A stretch of DNA of 64,000 bases, taken from positions 416,342 through 480,341 of the forward strand of contig JAXLZS010000001.1 in NCBI GenBank assembly GCA_046350775.1. The letters are read 5' to 3'. A program made the translations under genes and the position numbers. The notes under the pieces were generated by a model, which saw nothing but the letters and a program-made list of their open reading frames with translations, was not told the DNA's origin and made no database searches. Origin of the DNA: Minisyncoccota bacterium. Its GTDB lineage: Bacteria; Patescibacteriota; Minisyncoccia; Phycocordibacterales; UBA5272. Positions 20,201 to 28,170 of the stretch are shown piece after piece (the stretch's first letter is position 1; each line of letters starts with the position of its first letter).

Positions 20201-20273
20201 TGTGCCTATCCGGATTCGAACCGGAACTGAGGGCTCCACAAACCCTAGTGCTAACCATTACACCATAGGCACC
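20201..20273 (-). tRNA. tRNA-His (GTG), encoded G-1, discriminator A
   Basis: Cloverleaf GTGCCTA/TAGGCAC, anticodon loop TT-GTG-GA, TTCGAAT. Confidence 0.95.
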
Positions 20274-20374
20274 ATACACAATTTCGCACTCACCTCCTTA
20301 ATTTATTAGGGAGGTCTGTTTTTTAAATTTTTATAAAATAAAAATTTGTTAAAACAGGGTGGGTTCCCACCGTG

Positions 20375-20456
20375 TGCCCGAGACTGGAGTTGAACCAGCA
20401 TGGGTCGCCCCGCTACCACCTCAAGGTAGTGCGTCTACCAATTTCGCCACCCGGGC
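20375..20456 (-). tRNA. tRNA-Leu (GAG)
   Basis: GCCCGGG...CTACC-TTGAGGT-GGTAG, long variable arm. Confidence 0.95.
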
Positions 20457-20622
20457 AAATACAGTGTAATGTTGTAAGGAAGATTCCTCATGACGTTCCG
20501 TAGGAACGGCTTTCTCGTCACAAACACTACACTCCTTGAGAGATCTGGAAGGTCTTTTAATAACCGTTCTTCATTGATCTCTTTCGGACTTATATAATAA
20601 CAGAAATTTTGATTTTTATCAA

Positions 20623-20657
20623 TTTAAAACCCCTCTTTGATCTGAGGGGTTTTAAAA
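20623..20657 (-). terminator. Terminator after rplS
   Basis: TTTAAAACCCCTC...GAGGGGTTTTAAA. Confidence 0.75.
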
Positions 20658-20658
20658 A

Positions 20659-21084
20659 TTATTCTGTACCTTCTTCTAGTACTTCGTCTTTCAATTCTGC
20701 TGTAGTGACACCGTCTTTCTTTACGAATTTTGTGTCAGCTTTTAATTTTCTTCTTACATCTCTCACTGCTTTTTCACGAACATAGTAGAGCTTGCTTCTC
20801 TTTGTCTTTGCATGTCTGACTATTTCGATCTTATCGATATTTGATGAATATAGAGGATAAATTTTTTCTACTCCCACCCCTGAAGCAACTTTTCTTACAG
20901 TAAATGTAGCAGAGATATCTGTACCATGCTTTCTAGCAAGTACGAGACCCTCGAAAGCCTGGAGACGAATTTTTCCGTCTTTATCTTTCAATTTATTCCA
21001 AACTCTGACAGTGTCTCCACTTGCAAAGTTTAGAGATTTTCTCTCTTCCATATCCACCTTTGATAATTTGATATTTGTTTTCAT
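20659..21084 (-). CDS. rplS: 50S ribosomal protein L19
   Basis: GDTVRV, RLQAFEG, TFTVRK..GVGVEK, RSKLYY. Confidence 0.97.
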   Translation of the reverse strand: MKTNIKLSKVDMEERKSLNFASGDTVRVWNKLKDKDGKIRLQAFEGLVLARKHGTDISATFTVRKVASGVGVEKIYPLYSSNIDKIEIVRHAKTKRSKLYYVREKAVRDVRRKLKADTKFVKKDGVTTAELKDEVLEEGTE

Positions 21085-21258
21085 ATTTTAATATTAATAA
21101 AAAATCTTTTACAAAATTTAAAGTTATTTTTTGTGAGAAACTACCGCGACAATTAATATTTTTGTTCTAATAAATGCGATCTAAACTCAGATTTTTTACC
21201 TTAAATATTTCCTATTTAATTCATAGATATTAACACAAAATAGGATTAAAGGCAAACC

Positions 21259-22071
21259 TTATATTTTGTAATTTAATTCTTCCAATACCTTTTTCATATC
21301 AGGATGCTCTTTGGCGACAAAAGTCTTTTGTGAAGTAGAATTATCATCTTCCACGATTTTTATAGATAAAGAATAAGCGTGTAGCATCGGACGAGTGAGT
21401 TTAGTTTTAAATTCTGATTGGATTTTTTCTTGCTGCATCTCTCCTACACCATAGAGATCATCCCCAAGTATTGGATGACGGATTGATTTGAGATGAACTC
21501 TAATCTGATGAGTTCTACCTGTCTCTGGATAACACTCAACAAGAGTGAAAGGATTTCCTTTTTTATTACGAAGTCTAGCTATGACTTTGTATCTAGTCAC
21601 CGCATCCCTCTCCTTTCCCCTCACATCACCTTTTCCGTCATTTGTAAAAATATCTTTAGTATTCTTTTTTCTGAAATCAGATTTACTTCTTGCTATCGGA
21701 GCATCAATGATACCAGTCTCATTTTTTACATGACCGACTACGATAGCATGATAAATCTTTTTGGTTGTGTGTGCTTGAAATTGCTTTTTTAGAAAACCAA
21801 AAGAAGCTCTATTGAGAGCAAAGATCATGACGCCTGTTGTCCCTGTGTCGAGACGATGAACAACCCCTTCTCTATCTTCATCACCTACACCTTTTAAGAT
21901 AGTCTGCCAAGTTTTCTTTTTAAACTTTGTTTTGACAAAATCTTTTAACCAATCAGCCAGAGTATATTCATCCTTTCTGCCATCAGAGTGTGTCATAATA
22001 CCAGCTGGCTTGTCTATTACCAGTTCATTTTTATTTTCAAATATTATCTTGATTTTGGGGATTTTCTTCAT
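21259..22071 (-). CDS. RluA/RluD family pseudouridine synthase
   Basis: DKPAG, VHRLDTGTTG, TGRTHQIRVH, HPILGD. Confidence 0.95.
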   Translation of the reverse strand: MKKIPKIKIIFENKNELVIDKPAGIMTHSDGRKDEYTLADWLKDFVKTKFKKKTWQTILKGVGDEDREGVVHRLDTGTTGVMIFALNRASFGFLKKQFQAHTTKKIYHAIVVGHVKNETGIIDAPIARSKSDFRKKNTKDIFTNDGKGDVRGKERDAVTRYKVIARLRNKKGNPFTLVECYPETGRTHQIRVHLKSIRHPILGDDLYGVGEMQQEKIQSEFKTKLTRPMLHAYSLSIKIVEDDNSTSQKTFVAKEHPDMKKVLEELNYKI

Positions 22072-22128
22072 AAAAAAGATTTGCGAAAAATTTAAATTTA
22101 GGGTATTATATCATAATAAAAAATAAAA

Positions 22129-22204
22129 GGGAGATTAGCTCAGTTGGTAGAGCAACTCGTTTACACCGAGAAGGTCAGAGGTTCGAGTCCTCTATCTCCC
22201 ACCA
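22129..22204 (+). tRNA. tRNA-Val (TAC); 3' CCA completed by the integrated element
   Basis: GGGAGAT...CTCG-TTTACAC-CGAG...ATCTCCC-ACCA. Confidence 0.97.
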
Positions 22205-23711
22205 GAATAGTACTTAGCGGTTTCTTCGAAACCAAGGTATGGGACGCACGAAGTGCGTCCCACTGTGTTTGCCCTGATTTTGCGGGGGAATTCTGAAATG
22301 CGGGTGCGCTTACGCGCACCTGTTTTTCGCCAAGAGAAAGGTTCGAGCCAAAGATTTCTTTGGCTTTGACCTTTTTAGCAAAAAGGTCAGTATCCCGTGC
22401 GATTCCGTCTAGTGTTTGCGCGTCTTTTATCCATTCTTTCATCGGTTCGAGCCAATCATTCTGTTTTTGTAGAACTGAAGATATTTTGTCTTCGAGCGAC
22501 TTCTTTTCGGATAACAATTTAGCTTTTTGTACACGATATATTTCCTGTTCAATCACTTGGTCTAAATATCCATTAAGAAGTCGCTCTAGTTTCACATTGA
22601 TTTTCAAAATATCTTTTTTCACTTCTTCTACAAAAACAGAATTAGACTGGGCAGAATTGTTGAAATCCTTTTCCGCCATTTTCAACAATTCTTTTGCCCA
22701 GTCTTTAGGCAAAGAAACTTTTTGAATTTCGGATGATATCTGCTGATCCAAAATTTCACTGCGAATATATCCTTGTGTACATTTGATACTTTTGTTTTTC
22801 TTGGAACAACGATAGTACACATGACCTTTTTGGATTTCAGCAGTTATCATCATTCCGCATTCGGTGCAGTGAAGTAGTCCGCAAAATGGTTGTGGCTCAT
22901 TTTTTGGTTTTCTATCGGGTTGTCCTCTAAATTTCAACATCGACTGCGCCGAATCAAAAAGTTTCTTTGCTATGATTGGCTCGTGCTTACCTTCGTGGAT
23001 TTCACCACCATATTTGAATAGTCCGATGTAAAATGGATTTGAAAGAATAAAAGACGCTTTGGTTTTTGAGATTCTCTTTCCGGTTCTTGTTGTAACGCCG
23101 GATTTCGCCAAAAAATTTGCAATATCTTCCAGTCGTTGATTACCTTTTACATATCGTTCAAAAGCCAAGCGCACAATTTTAGATTTTTTCTTGTCCACGA
23201 CTATGGTCTTGGTACGACTGTCATTCATATAACCGAGTGGCGCTTGGCTTGGAAATATTCCCATTCTCACTTTTTGGCGAAGTCCTCGTCTCGTATTTTC
23301 TGAAAGAAAATCTACATAGTATTTGCTTTGCACAAATGCCATGGAAAGTGAAAATTTCCCTTGTGATGTATTTTCAAACCAAAAAGTGGGAAATTTTAAC
23401 ATCGCAAGAGTACCGATGTCGATAAAATACACTATCTGTCCGCCGTCCACAGAATTGCGCGCTAGTCTGTCGGGATGCCAAGCCAAAATTCCTGAAGCTA
23501 CCCCTTGCTCAATTTTTTTCATCATACTGTTAAATATTGGACGACCTGGAATTTTGGCGGATTGTTTCTCGACCAACTCCTCAACTATCTCTAAACTTTG
23601 TTCACGAGCAAACGCGCGCAATTCCGTTAACTGTGCCTCAATACTCAAAACCTGCTTATCCTCGACATCGGTACTCTTGCGAGCATACAAAAAGAATTTT
23701 TGTGATGACAT
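22161..23711 (-). CDS. Large serine recombinase/integrase; C-terminus runs antisense into tRNA-Val
   Basis: YARKST, SAK.PGRP.F, DRLARN, CxxC...YYRC zinc ribbon, coiled coil; ends VGDRGLEPLTFSV. Confidence 0.95.
   Translation of the reverse strand: MSSQKFFLYARKSTDVEDKQVLSIEAQLTELRAFAREQSLEIVEELVEKQSAKIPGRPIFNSMMKKIEQGVASGILAWHPDRLARNSVDGGQIVYFIDIGTLAMLKFPTFWFENTSQGKFSLSMAFVQSKYYVDFLSENTRRGLRQKVRMGIFPSQAPLGYMNDSRTKTIVVDKKKSKIVRLAFERYVKGNQRLEDIANFLAKSGVTTRTGKRISKTKASFILSNPFYIGLFKYGGEIHEGKHEPIIAKKLFDSAQSMLKFRGQPDRKPKNEPQPFCGLLHCTECGMMITAEIQKGHVYYRCSKKNKSIKCTQGYIRSEILDQQISSEIQKVSLPKDWAKELLKMAEKDFNNSAQSNSVFVEEVKKDILKINVKLERLLNGYLDQVIEQEIYRVQKAKLLSEKKSLEDKISSVLQKQNDWLEPMKEWIKDAQTLDGIARDTDLFAKKVKAKEIFGSNLSLGEKQVRVSAPAFQNSPAKSGQTQWDALRASHTLVSKKPLSTILVGDRGLEPLTFSV
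22200..22345. repeat. Inverted repeat A (left); 22200-22279 perfect vs 23953-24032
   Basis: Base-by-base reverse complement, 80 bp exact, degenerate beyond. Confidence 0.95.
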
Positions 23712-23886
23712 ATATTTTTCTATAAAGCAGAAATGGCTACTCCAGTGCTGTAACCTTAACGTAAGTTAAGATATCTGAAATAGCCATTTCTGCTAACTTA
23801 CTAATAAAATGGTTACAGCAAATATATTCTACCAAAAATTCTTTTTGTATCCAAAGCAAATACTGAATTTGTATCGCACGGGATTC

Positions 23887-24032
23887 CGAACCTCCTCCTC
23901 GGCGAAAAACAGGTACGCGCAAGCGCGCCCGCATTTCCGAATTCCCACGCAGAATCAGGGCAAACACAGTGGGACGCACTTCGTGCGTCCCATACCTTGG
24001 TTTCGAAGAAACCGCTAAGTACTATTCTGGTG
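23887..24032. repeat. Inverted repeat A (right); relic recombinase 3' end on + strand
   Basis: Reads NLLLGEKQVRASAPAF...QWDALRASHTLVSKKPLSTILV and continues SLLYQARTIFQNRT*. Confidence 0.95.
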
Positions 24033-24262
24033 TCTCTATTGTACCAAGCTCGAACGATTTTCCAAAACCGAACCTAATCGCACATCCGTGCGCTAAAGCG
24101 CCTCTGTGCGAAACACAGAGCTTTTGCAAAGCAAAAGGACGGATATGCGAAATGCAAATGCGGAACGCGAGCGAAATTTTGCGAAATACTGGGGGTGTGG
24201 GGGAAAGTATTTCGCAAAATTCGCTTCGCGTGCTTTGGGATTTTTTTGGCGGGGCGGGCGGT
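24030..24262. repeat. Inverted repeat B (left), 233 bp, hairpin-rich
   Basis: Reverse complement of 25870-26102; identical shadow-ORF translations on opposite strands. Confidence 0.95.
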
Positions 24263-24293
24263 ATCAAATAGAAAAAACCAATTCTGTTTTTTT

Positions 24294-24620
24294 CTATTCA
24301 ACATCAACAATCAAAACATCATAAGGATTAAAAGCAATATAATCAAAAAGATTCACTTTAGTATCCGTTCTTGTTTCTTCGTTTTCATTTTGCTTTACCC
24401 ACACACCGTCATATTTACCTCTCCATTCTTGTGAATCTTTTGGATTAGCCCAATAGTTTGGTTTGGAATCAAAAATTTTGAAATTTCTACCATTAACAAA
24501 AACTTTATACGGTTTAGAAGTCTTACCTTCAATTTTTCTACCCTCGTGATGATGCTTTGCTTCTTCTTCATTTCCGAAAAATACACCAACTTCAAATTCA
24601 TTTCCGTCTATTTTCTTTTT
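24294..24620 (-). pseudogene. Orphan C-terminal fragment of a second ART-like domain
   Basis: GVFF...PYKVFVN...GKYDGVWVK...YIAFNP, no credible own start; overlaps the end of the upstream gene in another frame. Confidence 0.45.
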
Positions 24621-25725
24621 TAGAAACAAATTCTTTAAATTTTTCAATATCAGTTTTTGAGCCAAGGATAGAAATTTGATCTGGATGAAAAACACTGATA
24701 ATTTTTTGTTTTGGTAATCCAAATTCTCGTCCTGAAACTGGATGTTTTTCAATATATTCTTCTCCCGAGATATTATTTATCACTGCATCTGTATTTTCTA
24801 ATTTTTCATCGAACTTTGGGGCTAATATATTCTTTTCTTTTTGCTTACCTATTTTAAACAAAGCTTCAGACAAAGGCCTGTCCATATCATCCACATATTC
24901 ACCTGAAGTATTGACCTCAATAGGATTATTGATATTCAAAATTACAGCATACGCATTTTTTCCGTATCTTTTAACAAAATTCTGACTTGTACTGAAATTA
25001 TAAACACCTTCAATGCTATTAAGCGTATCAAAGTTGGGCTTTGTTGGTTTAAAATTCTCATCTTTAAATTCATTATCAGAATAGTGCCAGACAATATCTT
25101 GCACTTTGCTTTCAGGAAAAATAGTTTTTAGATATTCACAATAAAGCTCAACTGCTTCTTTTGTCTCAAATTGTTTAACTTTTTCTTTTATTTGTTCTTT
25201 GGCTTTTTGTAAGTTCTCAAAATTACCAACTTTATCTTGAACATCATCAAGGTTAATATAATTTCGTTCTATATTTTCGGGAATAATATAGTTATCATTT
25301 TCAACATCCATTTGCGAAGCGATTGGATGTTTACTTACATGTAGATTTTCAAATTCTTCTTTTGGCACTTTTACAACTACCAAATTTGCACCCTCAACTC
25401 GCTTCGCCTCTGTGCCAAATGTCTGTTGTGATTTTCGTAAATATACAAGAGCAGTTTCTAAATCTGGCGAAAACCATTGACCCTTTAAATCTTTATGGGA
25501 AGTTACTCCATCAGGTTCTTTCTCAATATTTTTATTTTCAATACGATAAAGGGAAATGGTTTCGCCAGATTTTGTTGCTTCTACTGCAATACTCTCAAGT
25601 TCAGGGCTAAGTTTAAAAACCTCTTGTATATTTTTCTCCTGTTCAGAAAGCGGAAAATGCTCAAGCGGTTGCTCGGTTTTTGGCAATTCAATTTTATCAA
25701 CAGGATTAACTGGTGACTTTTCCAT
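24598..25725 (-). CDS. Cargo protein with putative ADP-ribosyltransferase-like domain(s)
   Basis: LYRIEN...GQWFS and IVWHYS...F...GVYNFST...Y.VILNINNP...FHPDQI, resembling ART-PolyVal-type motif order. Confidence 0.55.
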   Translation of the reverse strand: MEKSPVNPVDKIELPKTEQPLEHFPLSEQEKNIQEVFKLSPELESIAVEATKSGETISLYRIENKNIEKEPDGVTSHKDLKGQWFSPDLETALVYLRKSQQTFGTEAKRVEGANLVVVKVPKEEFENLHVSKHPIASQMDVENDNYIIPENIERNYINLDDVQDKVGNFENLQKAKEQIKEKVKQFETKEAVELYCEYLKTIFPESKVQDIVWHYSDNEFKDENFKPTKPNFDTLNSIEGVYNFSTSQNFVKRYGKNAYAVILNINNPIEVNTSGEYVDDMDRPLSEALFKIGKQKEKNILAPKFDEKLENTDAVINNISGEEYIEKHPVSGREFGLPKQKIISVFHPDQISILGSKTDIEKFKEFVSKKENRRK

Positions 25726-25869
25726 AAAGTGATTTTAACATTTTTCGCTTTCTTTTTCTAGTTATTTTAGGGAGCAGAATTTGTGCGCGAACGGGAGGGT
25801 GGGTCAAGCACAAACTGATTTTTGTATCTCGGCTTCGCCGAGATTTCAATGTTATGTATTTGAATTATA

Positions 25870-26102
25870 ACCGCCCGCCCCGCCAAAAAAATCCCAAAGC
25901 ACGCGAAGCGAATTTTGCGAAATACTTTCCCCCACACCCCCAGTATTTCGCAAAATTTCGCTCGCGTTCCGCATTTGCATTTCGCATATCCGTCCTTTTG
26001 CTTTGCAAAAGCTCTGTGTTTCGCACAGAGGCGCTTTAGCGCACGGATGTGCGATTAGGTTCGGTTTTGGAAAATCGTTCGAGCTTGGTACAATAGAGAC
26101 AC
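25870..26102. repeat. Inverted repeat B (right), ends at attR core
   Basis: ...CAATAGAGA-CAC-AAAAATAC then AT-rich chromosome. Confidence 0.95.
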
Positions 26103-26156
26103 AAAAATACAAATAAAAAAGCAAACCATAAGGTTTGCTGATCAGACAATTTTTTA

Positions 26157-26324
26157 TTAAATCCCTCTCCTGCGATTATATCTTACTGCCAGATTGTTTG
26201 CTAAGGATTCTCTGAATCCTTTACTAGAAACCTGACCTTTTTGATGGTTTGTGATTTCATCCTTCAGTTTATGAAGAAGCACATCACTAGGTGAAAGATT
26301 AAAATATTTTTTTTTGTTAGCCAT
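26157..26324 (-). CDS. Small basic hypothetical protein (55 aa; absent from ORF track)
   Basis: MANKKKYFNLSPSDVLLHKLKDEITNHQKG...RRRGI; TTGACT-N17-TACTAT upstream; terminator ~26115-26139. Confidence 0.6.
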   Translation of the reverse strand: MANKKKYFNLSPSDVLLHKLKDEITNHQKGQVSSKGFRESLANNLAVRYNRRRGI

Positions 26325-26414
26325 TAACTAATTGGTTTATATGTTAAAAAATATAAATAGTCTATTTATTAATAGTAGCACATATAAAATTAAAAGTCAA
26401 TAGCTAAAAGCCTT

Positions 26415-26963
26415 TTATTTCTTAGCTGTTTTTACTGTGTAATCTAGAGGATTTTTACTAGTAAAAATATCCAGAGCGAGTCCTACAGCAAAATCACCAT
26501 AGCTATATCTGTCCCCTTTTCTTATCTTTTCTGTGAGGAATCTGATATCTACCCCGGCTTTTACAAGAGATCTCATCCAAATATCAATAGCTGACATTGT
26601 AGCGTTGTGAGAAAGGGTTCTGGCTGTATCTTTATCTTTTAATTCAAGTTTATACCAAGTCAAATCACTTCTGTCTGCTGAAGCTGCTAATTCATGATCT
26701 ATAATACTTCTAAGATAATTGAAAGAATGCTTAACCACAGAGTTAAATGTTTTTTGTGTGACCTCTGAGACTTTACTAATATCCTTTAATTCTGATGCTC
26801 TTTTAGGAAGATTCTTAATCAATTTTTCTAACTCAGTATTAGGAGTTCTTAAAATCTTAGACACATCAGAGATGGTACCTTTTTGATGAGTACTCATTAG
26901 ATGATCGAACTTTCTAACCAAAACTTCTGGTGATTCGCTTTTTAAAAATGATTCTCTAAACAT
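26415..26963 (-). CDS. Hypothetical protein
   Basis: 182 aa ORF. Confidence 0.7.
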   Translation of the reverse strand: MFRESFLKSESPEVLVRKFDHLMSTHQKGTISDVSKILRTPNTELEKLIKNLPKRASELKDISKVSEVTQKTFNSVVKHSFNYLRSIIDHELAASADRSDLTWYKLELKDKDTARTLSHNATMSAIDIWMRSLVKAGVDIRFLTEKIRKGDRYSYGDFAVGLALDIFTSKNPLDYTVKTAKK

Positions 26964-27047
26964 AATATGATTATATAATACTTTTTTAAAAATAAAAAAT
27001 ACAGCTTTATTTTTCTATCAAAATCTGTTATATTTATTAAATTCAAT

Positions 27048-27119
27048 GATCTCATAGTTCAATGGATAGAACGAGAGCCTTCTAAGCTCTAGATGATGGT
27101 CCGATTCCATCTGAGATCA
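27048..27119 (+). tRNA. tRNA-Arg (TCT)
   Basis: GATCTCA/TGAGATC, AGAGC-CTTCTAA-GCTCT; T-loop TCCGATT. Confidence 0.93.
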
Positions 27120-27137
27120 CAAACTTTAGCTTTTGTT

Positions 27138-27593
27138 TTACAAATGGAATTTGTATGACAATTCATTGTATTCTTTTGTATCATATAATTTAATTCCAGA
27201 TTCGTGCCATAAAGCAAAATATTTAACTCCGTTATCAAGTGCTAATCTACTACAGACCGTACAATAAGGCTCTCCAGATTTTAAAATATTATTTTGATCA
27301 TCAACTCTTGTAAAATATAAAATACTTCCAGATATATCTTTTTTGTTTTTAATCGCATCTATTATAGCTCTCCATTCTGCATGGATACAGCAAGTCCTAT
27401 CTGATTTTGGCTTAGAAGAGTTTATTAAATTTAAATGACATTTTCTATTAGCTATATCATTCACTGCTGGACCGTTAAAACCTCTTCCAATAATTTCATT
27501 ATTTAATGACACAATAGCTCCACATTTATCTTTGAGACAAAGAGCTTTTTCTGCTTCTTTGGCAGCTTCTTTAAAATAATCCTCTTTATTCAT
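27138..27593 (-). CDS. dCMP/cytidine deaminase family protein
   Basis: GRGFNGP, IHAE, PYCTVC. Confidence 0.9.
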   Translation of the reverse strand: MNKEDYFKEAAKEAEKALCLKDKCGAIVSLNNEIIGRGFNGPAVNDIANRKCHLNLINSSKPKSDRTCCIHAEWRAIIDAIKNKKDISGSILYFTRVDDQNNILKSGEPYCTVCSRLALDNGVKYFALWHESGIKLYDTKEYNELSYKFHL

Positions 27594-27607
27594 AATATTA
27601 TTTTAAC

Positions 27608-28168
27608 CTAAAATAATCCCCCTTTCAAATTTCTTCGGATATTCAAATAATCTGGTACTGTCTCCCTCACAAGATCCCAAAATTTTTTAGAATGATTAAA
27701 TTCTTTTAAATGACAAAGTTCGTGCACGATAATATAGTCAGAAATATTTTGTGGTAGTAATGCTATCTTATAATTAAAATTTAAATTCCCTTTTCTACTA
27801 CAACTCCCCCATCTCGTCTTTTGATTTTTAATAGTAATATTTTTGAAATGAAAATTATAATATTTATTAAAATAATCTATCCTCTCTTTCGCTATTTGTA
27901 GAGCTTTATCTTTATTTTCTAAATATTCCTTTTTTGAAGTTTTTAAAATTGGTAAACTTGGTCTATTTTTAAACCAATCGGACTTTTCAAAAATCCAATC
28001 CGATTTCTCTTTTACAAATTTTTCAACAGATTCTAGACTTGCTCTCTTTGGCTTTGTCACTACCACACTACCATCATGATGAATAGTGATGCGGATATTT
28101 TTTGCTCTGCTACTTTCTTTCAAAGAACACTCTAGATTTCTATCTTGAAAATTTAAAACTCTAGGCAT
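27608..28168 (-). CDS. YgjP/DUF45 metal-dependent hydrolase
   Basis: KTRWGSCS, YIIVHELCHL..NHSKKFW. Confidence 0.92.
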   Translation of the reverse strand: MPRVLNFQDRNLECSLKESSRAKNIRITIHHDGSVVVTKPKRASLESVEKFVKEKSDWIFEKSDWFKNRPSLPILKTSKKEYLENKDKALQIAKERIDYFNKYYNFHFKNITIKNQKTRWGSCSRKGNLNFNYKIALLPQNISDYIIVHELCHLKEFNHSKKFWDLVRETVPDYLNIRRNLKGGLF

Positions 28169-28170
28169 AA

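Larger units (their letters stand above)
22200..26102. mobile_element. Serine-recombinase integrative element in tRNA-Val 3' end with internal inverted attP-like site
   Basis: CAC core at 22200-22202 (attL), 24030-24032 (inverted) and 26100-26102 (attR); GC-richer arms; recombinase plus cargo. Confidence 0.85.

Noticed and set aside
20463-20533. Hammerhead, SRP or known riboswitch identity for the three-way junction
   Set aside because: No CUGAUGA/GAAA core, SRP helix-8 motif or other recognisable consensus on either strand
21085-21240. Possible L19 autoregulatory leader
   Set aside because: Only weak pairing seen; cannot support without a covariance search
23737-24434. Cluster of 60-100 aa ORFs on both strands (mirrored at 25852-26124)
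   Set aside because: Shadow ORFs from GC-rich inverted repeats; identical translations recur in the mirrored copy
24030-26102. IS/composite transposon interpretation of the 233-bp inverted repeats
   Set aside because: No transposase or target duplication; repeats end exactly at the CAC recombination core
27048-27119. tRNA-Arg(TCT) as pseudogene because of the TCCGATT T-loop
   Set aside because: All stems pair fully; a single T-loop variant is insufficient
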